Source: the human T2T-CHM13v2.0 reference genome, Homo sapiens. Taken from it: 64,000 bases of DNA. Made by a program: the position numbers and the translations under genes. This document shows positions 1 through 13,234 of the stretch, piece after piece (the stretch's first letter is position 1; every line of letters begins with the position of its first letter). The stretch is taken from NCBI RefSeq assembly GCF_009914755.1, contig NC_060927.1. The stretch is one strand, 5' to 3'. The notes beneath the pieces were generated by a model. The model worked only from the letters and a program-made list of their open reading frames with translations, had not been told where the DNA came from and did no database searches.

Positions 1-93
1 CCAGGCTGGTCTCAAACTCCTGACCTTAAGTGATCCACCTGCCTGGGCCTCCCAAAGTGCTAGGATTACAGGCATGAGCCACCGTGCCTGGCC
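1..93 (-). mobile_element. Alu (partial, cut by window edge)
   Basis: Reverse-complement Alu left arm. Confidence 0.9.
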
Positions 94-124
94 AACCGCC
101 CACTCCACTCCATCTCGAGTGTGA

Positions 125-575
<451 letters not shown>

Positions 576-1165
576 AAACAGTTCCTCCTTTCTGTTTCAG
601 TTTCCCCTGCACCAAAAGGGCCTCAAGGATTCTACTACTCCTTTTATGCAGAAGTGTGTTTCCTTGATCCTCTGTGTGATGCCTTTAACCTTGGGCAGCA
701 GCTAAAAGGGTGTGAGATGTGAGTAGAAAAGTGGCCCGCAAGACCAAGGTCACACTCCGTACCCCTCCTAAACCCTGCCAACATCTTGGCAGGAAGGTAC
801 CGGCAGAAGAAATAGGGGTGCCTTTTCTCTGCTCTGGTTATTCTTTGTAAATAATATGATTCACTCTTATGTCTCTACCTTGCTTAGACGCAATCTTCCA
901 GGCTCTCTGAAAGCTGAATACCAATGAGCTGCAATTATACATCATCAGGAACATGAAAGTCCTGTTCACTGCTACCCAAGTGAAGAGCTAGAATTATCCT
1001 GCTTTCTTTAGAGTTCCAAGTTCGTGATCCTTGGGCCGGTCAACATAGGATGGTCCTAGCAGCAAAGGAAAGGATTTCCATGCAGAGACTGGGCTTGATT
1101 TTATTGAGAGAAGCAGCGGGCTTGTTTGTGTTTGTTTTTTTAACAGAGCCAAGGAAGATCAAGTG

Positions 1166-1573
1166 GAAGCCACGTGAATGGGCACCTCACTCCACGGTTA
1201 CCAGCATTGATGGGGCCCTGCGAGCATCTCTGTGAAGCCACATGAACGGGCACCTCACTCCACGGTGACTGGCACTGATGGGGCCCTGCGAGCATCTCTG
1301 TGAAGTCACATGAACGGGCACCTCACTCCACGGTGACTGGCACTGATGGGGCCCTGCGAGCATCTCTGTGAAGCCACATGAATGGGCACCTCACTCCACG
1401 GTGACCGGCACTGATGGGGCCCTGCGAGCATCTCTGTGAAGCCACATGAACGGGCACCTCACTCCACGGTGACCGGCATTGATGGGGCCCTGCGAGCATC
1501 TCTGTGAAGTCACATGAACGGGCACCTCACTCCACGGTGACCGGCACTGATGGGGCCCTGCGAGCATCTCTGT
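1166..1573. repeat. Minisatellite/VNTR, 6 x 68 bp
   Basis: Units start at 1166, 1234, 1302, 1370, 1438 and 1506 (gaagccacatgaacgggcacctcactccacggtgaccggcactgatggggccctgcgagcatctctgt). Confidence 0.97.
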
Positions 1574-2627
1574 GACTTCACATTTCTGAAAGTCCATAGA
1601 ATCCACCAGCCTCATAATGAGCGCTCGTCTACAGACGCAAGGACACCGCAGACATCCAGGCAAATCACGACATACTACGCCAATTCTGGCTCAGCTTCCT
1701 CTTTTACAAACAGTGATAGAGCAGTCCCCAAAAGGCAGACGGCTGGGTTCCTGGATCAAAACACTCCTTTGGGCAGCTCCTTGATGCTGGAGTCAATTCT
1801 GCTACCATGAAATAGAAGATCACAGGGGTTCTCTATGATCAACAGTAAGCAGCTCATTTAAAGAAGTCACCTAAGGCAGGAGGAGGAGACAGATGTTCAA
1901 TTCAACCCCAGGCTCAGATTAAAAGTTTGATATTTCTATAAGAGCCAATTCTGCTGCTAACCTGGAAGCAGAGGGATGGGAACTTCAGATCCGTTTCACT
2001 TAGGAACCCACAGAAGAAATGCAGTCCTGTGGCTGAAGTCTGCACCTGAGATGGCCATGGAGCCATATAGAAATTCCCTTCATGTGGGGCTGGTCACGCT
2101 CAGCTCAGTCCTTTCCACACGTGGTTTGTTACAGAAGGTCCCTCTTGTACACATGCCACTGGGATTCAACTGTGCTATTTTGCTTTTTTTCCCCAGGAAG
2201 ATGCTTACAGATAAGCCTTTCTGCTGCCTGGATTACAAATAAGGTTCTTTCAATGCGATGATGTTTATTTGGCATAGGAAACAGATTGCAGCAATGCAAC
2301 AAAGCACACAGTCCTGCGGGCCCATCATCCGCTGCTGTGCCTCCACTGTAGCCCTGTCCAGACCCACGTCCCACTGCAAGCTCCTGGAGGACAGGGTCTG
2401 GTTTCTCTCTACTGCATAGCCAAACCCTCGGCAAATGCCTGCCCAGTGAGCTTTCTATTCGGGCACGGAGTTTGGTCTATCCCAAGAGCACTCTTAGAGG
2501 CTACGCCTGCATTGCAAAGCCAAACACCACTCCGAGAGACTTTTCAGAGGAAAGAAGGGAATGTGATACCCACTTCTTAGCATTTTGAAGGCAGAACTCC
2601 ATTTTTGTTTGTTTGGTTTCTTTTTTT

Positions 2628-2903
2628 AGAGACAGGGTCTCGCTATGTTGCCCAGGCTGGAGTGCATGGCTAGTCACAGGCGTAATCCCATTACTAATCA
2701 GCACAGGAGTTTTAACCTGCTTCATTTCCAGCCTGGGCTGCTTCATCCCTTCCTAGGCAACTTGGTGGTCCCCCGTTCCCAGGAGGTCACCAAGTTGATG
2801 CCAAACTTAGTGCAGACACCCACAGAATTCCTGGGCTTAAGTGACCCCCCTGCCTCAGCCTTCCAAGTAGCTGGAACTACAGGTGCAGGCTACCATGCCC
2901 AGC
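2628..2903 (-). pseudogene. 7SL (SRP RNA) retropseudogene
   Basis: Alu-like ends enclose the 7SL S-domain (ggcaacttggtggtcccccgttcccaggaggtcaccaagttgatgccaaacttagtgc). T-rich tail at 2602-2627, TSD tgaaggcagaa at 2586 and 2904, and a ~20-nt internal deletion near 2820. Confidence 0.9.
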
Positions 2904-3153
2904 TGAAGGCAGAATATTAAGCTGAGGGAGAGGTGAGCCACTCAGTAAAATTTACAGTTCCTACAGCAAAAAGTCTATGTATCTTGTCCATGGGATATCT
3001 CTAAACAGCAGTACTGACTCAGTGTTGACACCGCAGGCATTTGCGTTTTCATTAAGTTTTATCTACCCTATCTCCCTCACGTTATATCTTCCTTGAAAGC
3101 AAGAGGCATGTCTTCTACTTCGTAATTCCTCATGGGACCAATCCTATGGCTCA

Positions 3154-3478
<325 letters not shown>

Positions 3479-4769
3479 AAACTGAGAATAACAAACTTTC
3501 CCATGGACTGTCTTTACAAACAAAAACTGAATGTGAAAGCAACTTCTCTAAGACCAGTAATGGGACTACAGAGCCTGACTTAGCAGCTGGCCAGCACCGC
3601 GGAGGAAACGCCCTCTGACTACACATCTGTTCCTGCATTCACTCAACAAACATCGAAGTGCCTGGCATTGGTCTGCACGGCATAAACAGAACAGAAGGGC
3701 TGCCTCCCAGTCCCACCCCTTCCACGCATTCACTTCCTCACTCGTTCTTTCAGGAGACACCTGTGTCAGGCACGACGTGGTGAACTTTTAAAAACGGATT
3801 CAGTAGTACCAAAATACTCATAATGTGCAGACAGACAAAAGAACTGGAAGGAGTCGTGTTTTCAGACACAGGAAGCTTTTCACGTGCTCCACCTGGACCT
3901 CATCTCTCAGCCTCACACTCCGATCTTCAGCAGCCCCCGCTATGCGCCCGAGTCTTGGGACGTCATCCCGGAGCTCCTAGCCTGCCCGGGAGGCAGAGCC
4001 ATCAGGTAAGAGACGGTCACAATGACAGCAACACAATCCCGCTTGGGTTCTCTGTACAGAGTTTTCCTTTTAAAATACCTTTTCCACTGATGTTATTTAA
4101 AAATAACAACCTCATAGTAGACTTCTGATCTCTACCACAGGGCAGGTACATCCCTCCCTTTTTATGAGTAATTCCTGCAGGGGTTATAGCACGGCCTCCA
4201 GGTCACACGGGCTACACAAAAACACTTAGCCCAGTTTTCTAACTCCCAGGGAGTGAAGGAATCACTATTTTAAAAGGTGGCAAGCTTTTTTCTCCTTTAC
4301 TCAGATTTAACTCTGATAGAAACTGACAGGCTCAATCTTGGTTAATTTTTTTTTTTAAACACGAGAACAAGGTTCAAGAAATTCATCTTCAGGTATCAGA
4401 GAGACGAAAAGAACCCAATAGCTTTTATCTTCAAGTCCTACATTTATGCATCTCATAATGAGGGTGATGGCTGGTTCCCTTACAACGGAGGGCTTCACGC
4501 CTAGTGAACAATGGACCTGAATTTATATCAGCCATAAAGCCTTCCAGACGTGACGGTCACACTAACATCCTGACATGAGGCAATCTGCAGAGAGATGGAA
4601 AGTGTGCTTGGCTAGAGGTTAGTGCTGCCTCTCTCTATTTTCTTCCCTTGTACCAACTGATTTCAGACTGAGGAACTTGAAGACAGAGTGACACTATGAG
4701 CTCATATAACTCTCCTCAGCTCTAAACTCGGCCACAGCAGATGTGTTTTTAAGAAACTAATAGACTGAA

Positions 4770-4985
4770 AATGACATTTACAGACGAAATGCTGTGACGA
4801 CTGAGATTCGTTTCAAAATAATCAGGGGAAGAGGAAAAGTGGGTGGGAGGAGACATAAAACAAAGATTGGCTAAGGGCTGATAGTTATTGAGGCTGCATG
4901 GATATTATAATATTGGGGCATCCAGAAATATTACATGATGCTTTCTACTTTTGTATATGTTGAAAGGTTTTCATAGTAAAAAGAA
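4770..4985 (+). mobile_element. Old L1M 3'-end fragment
   Basis: Ends tttctacttttgtatatgttgaaaggttttcatagtaaaa, typical of L1MC/ME tails. Confidence 0.6.
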
Positions 4986-5954
4986 AAATCATACCAAGAG
5001 ACCAGCAACATTTATCAAAGAAGGCTGACTTAGGTATAAGGATGGTCAAGATACACTGTTAAGTGAACAAAAAAAGATGTACAAAGGTATAGAGAGTTTA
5101 TTTACATACACACACACACACCCCCTGATAAAAATATAGAAAATTTCTGGAAAAATAATAACCTCCATATGCTATTCAAAACAAAAATGTATCACTTTTT
5201 AATGATGAGTTTTAGATAACAATTGTTTTCATCCGATGGGGGGGCAACAGGAGGAAAGGGCACAGTCGGCTTGAAAATGAGATAAACATCTCCATGGGCC
5301 AGGAACAGAACAGAAACCATATTGGAGATCAGGGCTAGAGCCATGGCTGGAACCTGGAAGCAAGCAAAGGGCCAGATGTTCACCCTCTGTGCAGCGTAGC
5401 AGGGACCAAACACCCCACGCACGGGGGAAAGTGGAAGCCAGGCTCAGTGAAACAGGGAGTGGGGTCTGCCTCGGGCACAGTCCTCGGTCTCTCCCCCTGT
5501 CCTCGTCCCTTCCTCCTCTGCTGCAACTATACTGCAATCTACATTCGTCCCTCCCCCCATCTTTGATCCCCTGGTTTCCAATATTCTCTGGGATATTAAA
5601 ATGTTCTTCACTATTGCGGACTAGTTATTTTCTCTTTGTAATACTGTCTGTTTCTGTTTTGCAAATACCTTACATTGTTTAGGGTAAAGCCATAAAAACT
5701 GGTCTGTATAGATAAGACACTATTAATAAATGTATGATGGTAATTTCCGCAGAAGCGGGAAGGAGGGAAACACAGTACCAACACCCTAGCTAGCTGCAAG
5801 GAAGCCGGGAGATAACATATCCAGCGTTTCTGTCTTCCATAATAGGAGGCAGGCTTCTATGGCAGAGAATTCCCAAATTCTAGGAAAGGGGTTAAGATGC
5901 TGAGAAGCCAAAAGATGAGCAATAATTTTGCTAAGTTGTCAGCAGCCCCAACCG

Positions 5955-6220
5955 TACATATAAGGAAACTGAGGCTGAGGTTAAGTGACTTCCCTAGGTT
6001 CACAGAACTTATCAGTGGCCAAGCTGGGACTGTGGATAACGCTGCCACCACCACCCAGGAGTGCTGCTCTGTGCTAGGCACCATAAATACATCATCTGAT
6101 TCAATCTCCCTCAACTCTGCCACATATAGTGTTATAATCTCCATTTCTCATGAGCTAAAGAGACTAAGGCTCAGAGAGGTCAAGAGACTTGCCCAAGGTC
6201 ACACAGCAACTGAGTGGTAG
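5955..6220 (+). mobile_element. MIR fragments (two cores)
   Basis: aggaaactgaggctgaggttaagtgacttccc and aggctcagagaggtcaagagacttgcccaaggtcacacagc. Confidence 0.75.
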
Positions 6221-6664
6221 AGGTAGTCAGTCCACACCCTCCCTTCTTCCCTCTGTGCTGGCGCTCACTCCCTCCCCAACACTCCCCTGGGAGCCCAGCA
6301 CCAGTCCTTGGAGTGGGATGACGCAGCCTGCAGAGAAGCTTTCCTTCCGAGCGTCTGGAAGAACCCGAGGCTGGCACAGCACCATCAGCAAATAAAACCA
6401 TGTGACTTAAAAAGGTGAACGAGCGGACATGATTAAAATACTTAACACAAAAGCGAATTCCCGCCTGGTGGCATGTTATCAGCAGCTGACAGGAATAGCC
6501 TGCCGCTTCCTCCTCAGGGTGGGCCGGGGCTCACACAGCACACGGCTGCCCGCAGAGCCTGGGGAGAATGAAACCAGAAGCCTATGCCGCCACCAACAAG
6601 CTCCCCTTCAGAGGATCCTCAGGCGGCCAGCTCCACAAAGTGACCATAACTAAGGGCCGCAGCC

Positions 6665-6782
6665 CACATACGCACACACTCACACACATATGCACACTCT
6701 CACACACTCACATACACACACACTCACACATACTCCCTCTCCCTCTCCCTCTCCCTCTCCCTCTCCCTCTCTCCCTCCCTCC
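6665..6782. repeat. (CA)n-like plus (CTCTCC)n simple repeats
   Basis: Seen directly. Confidence 0.9.
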
Positions 6783-7088
6783 ATCACTCCAGGGTCAGCA
6801 GGAGCCCTGAAGCCTGAAGCCAAGCCATGACCAGGCCTCCTGGTCCCAGTGGCCTCCCCAGATGACCCAGTCCACAGTTGGGCTTCCTAACTCTACAGAG
6901 TGGTGACCTCAAGCCTGGAGCCTCACAGAGACCTTGAGGGCTGCCTCCCACCCCCTCCCTCTCTTACCCTGGTTTCCCTGCAAGCTCCCCTTCCGTCCCC
7001 TTTGTTCCTGTTCACTCCAGGATCTTGTAGGAGAGCCAGATCACCTGCTGCTGCTAAAAAGGGAAGTTTTACAATCGTGGGTAGAGGT

Positions 7089-7676
<588 letters not shown>

Positions 7677-7724
7677 ATGCCTGGGGGAGGGATTGATTAG
7701 GAGAAGCCCAGAGGAACAAAGCGA

Positions 7725-7860
7725 CTGGTAAAGAAAACACAAAAGAGGAGTGAAGATTAAGGGAGGGAGGGAGGGAGGGAGGGACGGAGGGGAAATGCTC
7801 TTTAATGAGGGTCTCTCTCACAACAGAAACTTCCACTATTACTTCATTTGAGTTCTCCAG
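7725..7860 (+). repeat. Dispersed duplication A, source copy (paralog 10315-10441)
   Basis: ctggtaaagaaaacac...ttcatttgagttctccag occurs twice. Confidence 0.92.
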
Positions 7861-9731
7861 TAATTCTCTGTGTTAGAGATATGTATCCCACTTACAGACC
7901 AAACAACAGAGGGTCAGAGAATCCAGTGACTCACAAAGTGTCACATGGGGAATTCACTTCTGAGTACGACCGAACGCTATTTCCTCCACATCAAGCTTCT
8001 TCGCCTGCTGCCACACCTTTAGAATTGTTATAGGCTGCACATAAAGAGGGCACAGCCGTTTACTTTTCTAATACTTTCATGAGGAAACAAATTCAAAATG
8101 GCACATCTTTACAAAATACAGTTGTCTATCTTTTAGATTCTCCTCTTGGCCCCTTATCCCAACTAAACACATCACCACTGAGGACCTGTCCAGGGGTTTA
8201 GCTCCTGATGAAGAGACAGAGAAAAGGTCAGAGAAAGGAAGGGTGACGCTCCATCCAAGATGACTACAGCGCTATGATTTCCAGATGGGGAAGGTCACGG
8301 ATGCTGGACGCAACAGAATCTCAACAGGGACCCGAGAGAGAGAGGCTCCTCTCTCCCTACACTAATATCCCACGATCCCTGTGTCACTTTCCAGAACACA
8401 CTGTCAGTTCCATGGACCTAGGATTATAAAATCCTGTAAGATTTATACAGAAAATATAAAAATCTGGGGAGGGGGAACTGTGAAACAATGTGAAAAAAAC
8501 TATTTGTCAAATGGACAGTGGGGAATAACTTCTCCTCCCGCACCTCCTCCAAGCTTCTAACAACACTCATGGCACACAATACAGAGGAGACTGCCATAAA
8601 AATGACTTAAAATGTGCCCTTTTGAGGTAAAGTAACTATGGGACAAGTGACTATAAAAATGACACAGCTGGGGAGATCCAAATCTATTCCTGCTCAGCAA
8701 GTTTCCAGATTAAAATGTGTCTGCTTACCTAGTCAAGATTTGGTTTTGTGCTGTTTTGTGTTTAAATTTTCCTTTCATATAGATGCTAGCATGTTCTTCT
8801 TAAAATAAAACACTTGTCCACCTCACTCCCCTCTCTGGGGAGACCCCTTGGTGGTCAGAGCCCACTGCCAGTTCCATGGAAGTCCCAGGCAGGGGCAAGA
8901 GGGGACCTCTGTGGGAAGCAGTCTGACGGCCGCAGCAATGGCCAAGCCCAAGGGCCGAGACCGCCTGCTCAAGAGAAAGGCGGGCTGCGCTGTCCCTGCT
9001 TCCTCTCTCCCCTTCCATTCCCATCCTCTTCCTTCTCTCAGCCTCCCCACCCTAGCCCCACTGCCAGCCAGGTGAACACTCCAAAGCAGCAGATAATTAA
9101 TGCCGGATCTCCCAGGTCCCCAGAGGTCCCCAGTCTTCTTGTGAAAGAAGGCAAAAAACATGCTCAATTCCTTGTCGGCCAGCCAGTACCAAGCCATTCC
9201 CAGCCCCAGCATGAGACTGCAAACGTTACAAGGCAATTCCCCAGAGCCAGCGGGGCACGCGGCAGGCAGTGCAGGGCTGTCATCTGCAGACTCCATTATT
9301 AAAGGTCTCTGGAAACATTTCAGCTGAGGGGTGGAGGGAGGGAGCATGAAAAGGAGTATAAGTCTCTGTTGATTTTTGAGTGCCCAGGCCCTGCAAACGC
9401 CATTCTTCAGACTCTGCTGCAGCGGAGGTCTCATGGTTATCATAGTACATAATGAAAATTAAAGATGCTCAGGGTTAGAAAAACTCAGTTTCATTTCGAA
9501 TCTAAAATCTTTCAGAGCTTTCTTTCAGGAAGTCCAGATAATTAAACTGATTTTAAGTTGCACTGTTTATAAAATCCTAGATCTACAGAAAATACAAATT
9601 CTGGCCAATCCTGTCTAAGCACGATGGGTTTCCAAGTTTCCATTTATATCACATGAGAAGATTCCAAAGCAGGCCTTGAAGGCATTGGCGCTGTAACTGC
9701 ATTTAATACTTAGCCCAGTTTAAACACCCCA

Positions 9732-9739
9732 TGACGTCA
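9732..9739. promoter_or_regulatory. Perfect CRE palindrome TGACGTCA
   Basis: Motif match only; function untested. Confidence 0.25.
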
Positions 9740-9955
9740 GTTCTCCCCGATCCCTAAAGAGCTCACCAGCAGACGGGCAACTTCCAGACGGAGGGAGGAC
9801 AATGAGGGTCCGAAGGGCTGTAACCCCCAATGCCAGAGCCGGGGAGCGGGGACTTAGAGCTCAGCTCTTCTCCTTCTCAGGTGGGGGAACAAAGGCCCCA
9901 AGGTGGCAGAGCTGGGACTAGTATCTAGGGCTTGGGACTCTGAGGCTCCCTGTAT

Positions 9956-10791
9956 TGTTACAGTAGGTAGCTAGTCAGACATGAGCAGGGCAGGAGAGGG
10001 CTCCACCACCACCAGGAATGTCAGGCGACCATCAGCTGATGGTCAGGCAGTTGTCAACCGTCTCTCTAAAATGATAATTGGATGCAGCCAGCGCCAGGGA
10101 AAGGGAGGGTCCCAGTAGATAGAAAGAACCTGGAACTGACGACCAGCAGCTTCCTGGTAAGATTTCAGGAGTTGGGCACGTGGGCTCAAGCATGTGCACT
10201 AGGAGGCAAAACGGTGGCACTAGGAGGCATGTGCACTAGGAGGCAAAACCCTCCTCTAGGAAGGCTGGACTGGTAAGGGAAGAAACCAGGGAATAAATCA
10301 CAGAAACAAACCATCTGGTAAAGAAAACACAAAGAGGAATGAAGATTAAGGGAGGGAGAGAGGGAGGGAGGGGAAATGCTCTTTAATGAGGGTCTCTCTC
10401 GCAACAGAAACTTCCACTGTTACTTCATTTGAGTTCTCCAGGGAGCGCGTGCACAACCTCAGTAAACACACTGCGCTCCCTCCCAAGGGCTTGCAGGCCA
10501 CCCTCAGGGAAGAACCGGGGGAGGAGTAACGCAAACCCCAGAACCACGCCAATGTACAAAACCCCAAGTCAAAAGTCACACAGCACGTTTGATCTCCAAG
10601 TCACCCACTGGCCCTCTCCCAAGTGTACTTTATTTCCTTTCATTCCGGTCTAAAGCTTTTTAATAAACTTTCTCTCCTGCTCTAAAACTTGCCTTGGTCT
10701 CTCACTCTGCCTGAGGCCCCTCAAATTCTTTCTTCTGAAGAGGCAGGAAGTGAGGGTGCTACGGACCCATATGGATTCACTGCTGCGACCA
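9956..10791 (+). mobile_element. MER50-like ERV1 solo LTR carrying a foreign insertion
   Basis: Starts tgttacagtaggtagctagtcagacatgagcagggcagg, has AATAAA at ~10662, ends ...CA. Flanked by gtat/ctat 4-bp TSD-like sequence. Confidence 0.8.
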
Positions 10792-12329
10792 CTATCACCT
10801 CCCTCTGTTGGACCAAGGACCCCAGCAGATCTTCCTGGTATGAAGGGGAGGGAAGAAGGTGGGGAGTCTTCTACAGTTAAGATGGCAGGTGTCTGCCCAA
10901 ACCCTCTCAAGTCGCCAACCCCTGACCTCAGAGGAAGAGGCCTACCCAGTGACTCTGGGGCCACACGTGAGAGGATTATATAAGGGAGAAAAGTCCACAC
11001 GGCCCAAGGAGTTATCAGCTCATTTAGGGGCCTTGCAGGAATTTCCTGTTATGTGATCTGGGTCATGCAAATAGCCACAACCGAGCTGAAGCTGTCTCTT
11101 CACCCCCTCTTTCTGAGGGGAAACACAGGCTCTTGACTCACTAGTTGCCTGTACTCTGCAGCTCTCCAACGACTGGGCCTCCCTCCAGGAAGGTCGGCAG
11201 GGAGCCAGCATCACGGTGTGCACTGAGAACAAAGAGCGGGGCATGCCTGCGGGACAGCAAAATCCCAGCCCTTTCCGAACAAACTCGGCAGCTCTGCTCT
11301 GGGTGTGCTATCGCTCTACCCGCTGGAGAAACAGCCAGCAACATGAAACTCTCCAGGCCCAGGGCCACAGGCCTGGTTTATTGTAATCAAAACTCGCTTC
11401 AGCTGTTCCTTTCCTTTTTTTTTTTTTTTAATTACAAGATGTAGAACAAGAACACACAAAAAAGTGCATGCAAACATGAAGCTAAGCTAAGTGGGGAACT
11501 GAGACCTTGCAGCTCTCCAGAGCCAACCCACCCCCACGCCCCCCACCGCCTGCCACGCCGGCTTTGGGAAGCATCACCCCCCTTCTCCTTTCCCATTCTC
11601 CGCACCTGCACATGTGCATCCCTAAAGGTTCCAGTTTGGTTTCGCTCTCGTCGCATGGAGCCGTTCCCTTTTTTGCTGTTGCTGTATAGCACTCAACTGA
11701 ATGAATGCGTTTTATTTATCCATTCTGCTAAGTAGCAAATTTGAGTCGTTTTCAGTTTTGGCTACTACAAATAACGCTACAGTGAATATTCCAGAATGGT
11801 TCTCAGTCCTGGAGTTTCTCCATGACACAGGCTTGACAATCAAATGCAGCATCATGCGGAATGCGCTTCTTCGTGCTGACTACTGATGCCAGTCTGTGTT
11901 CTGACGTCTTCCCTCCCTACAAGACCACCAATCCACCCACTCTGCTAATAGAGAATGGGGGTCACTGGTGACTCACAGGCCAAGAAAGCCCAGCTGGTCA
12001 CTAGAAGGGAAGTTAAATCTTCCTCCGTAAGGCAAAGCCCAAGATTTTAAAATTCTGAGCTTAACCAGATCCAACAACCAGAACAACTGGGCTTTTCAGA
12101 AGAAAAAGGCCACAAACTCCAACAAAATAATGAGGTAGCACCTATGGCTTGGGATAGACCCACCTGCCCATACAATCAACTGTAAGCAATAAGTACCAAT
12201 GTGTTCCCAAGATACTAAGTGCAGAAGGATCGGACGCCACTAAATCCCAATCTGTCACGGCTGGCAGAAGAGAGAGGGTGAAGGGTGGGGAGGGGTCGTG
12301 GAGGCGGCCCCCCTGCAGTCATGACGCAC

Positions 12330-12462
12330 CTGTAAACTGGCTGCATCTCCCGGGCTATGCCGATGATGGCGCCTGGCAGGAAACTGTCAAATTCCTCAAA
12401 CAACTCCCGGATGTTGGTCTTAAACTTCAGGTCTAGGTCCAGCTGAATGATCTGCAGGATCT
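12330..12462 (-). CDS. XXYLT1: Internal coding exon of xyloside xylosyltransferase 1, containing the DxD (D-L-D) motif
   Basis: Minus-strand acceptor ttttctctttcccgcag|AG at 12463/12462 and donor TACAG|gtgcgt at 12330/12329. 133 bp, phase 1 in and phase 2 out. The translation (E)ILQIIQLDLDLKFKTNIRELFEEFDSFLPGAIIGIAREMQPVY(R) matches XXYLT1 as recalled. The other canonical exons lie outside the window. Confidence 0.95.
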
Positions 12463-12844
12463 CTGCGGGAAAGAGAAAAGGACAATGAGACACAGGTACA
12501 CCTCCTGGGAGGCTCGGCCACGGACAGAAAATGAAGTGGAGGGCAGAGAAAAGGGCACTGGACTCTTACTGTTGTCAGTGAATGATGCACAGTTACCGCT
12601 GGAACAAAAGGCCTTTCATCTACCAGCAACCCCTCCACACTATTAGTCTTCACAAACGACTACCCGTGTCTTTTCTTCCAACTGCAGACATCCATTTTGC
12701 TTAAAACTAGGCGACCACACGCTCCAGTGTCGGCCTGCTGTCCTGATGTAACTGTTAACCGTGCACCATTTCACTCTCAAAAGTATCTCATTTGGATGAT
12801 ACCTTATGTGGACACCCTGCTTCCCTACATAAAACTCAAAGCGG

Positions 12845-13234
<390 letters not shown>

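Noticed and set aside
1166-1573. CRISPR-like array
   Set aside because: Units are contiguous with no unique spacers, and the context is eukaryotic. It is an ordinary minisatellite.
2628-2903. Functional SRP RNA gene
   Set aside because: Diverged, internally deleted, and has a poly(A) tail and TSD, so it is a retrocopy.
8823-9443. Longest ORF (206 aa) and other GC-rich ORFs such as 16482-17012, 51495-51983 and 57011-57529
   Set aside because: No recognisable domain. Overlapping ORFs in several frames and Pro/Gly/Ser/Leu-rich composition are expected by chance in GC-rich intron.
12215-12493. 92-aa ORF as a standalone gene
   Set aside because: Only 12330-12462 is exon. The flanks are read-through of the splice sites.
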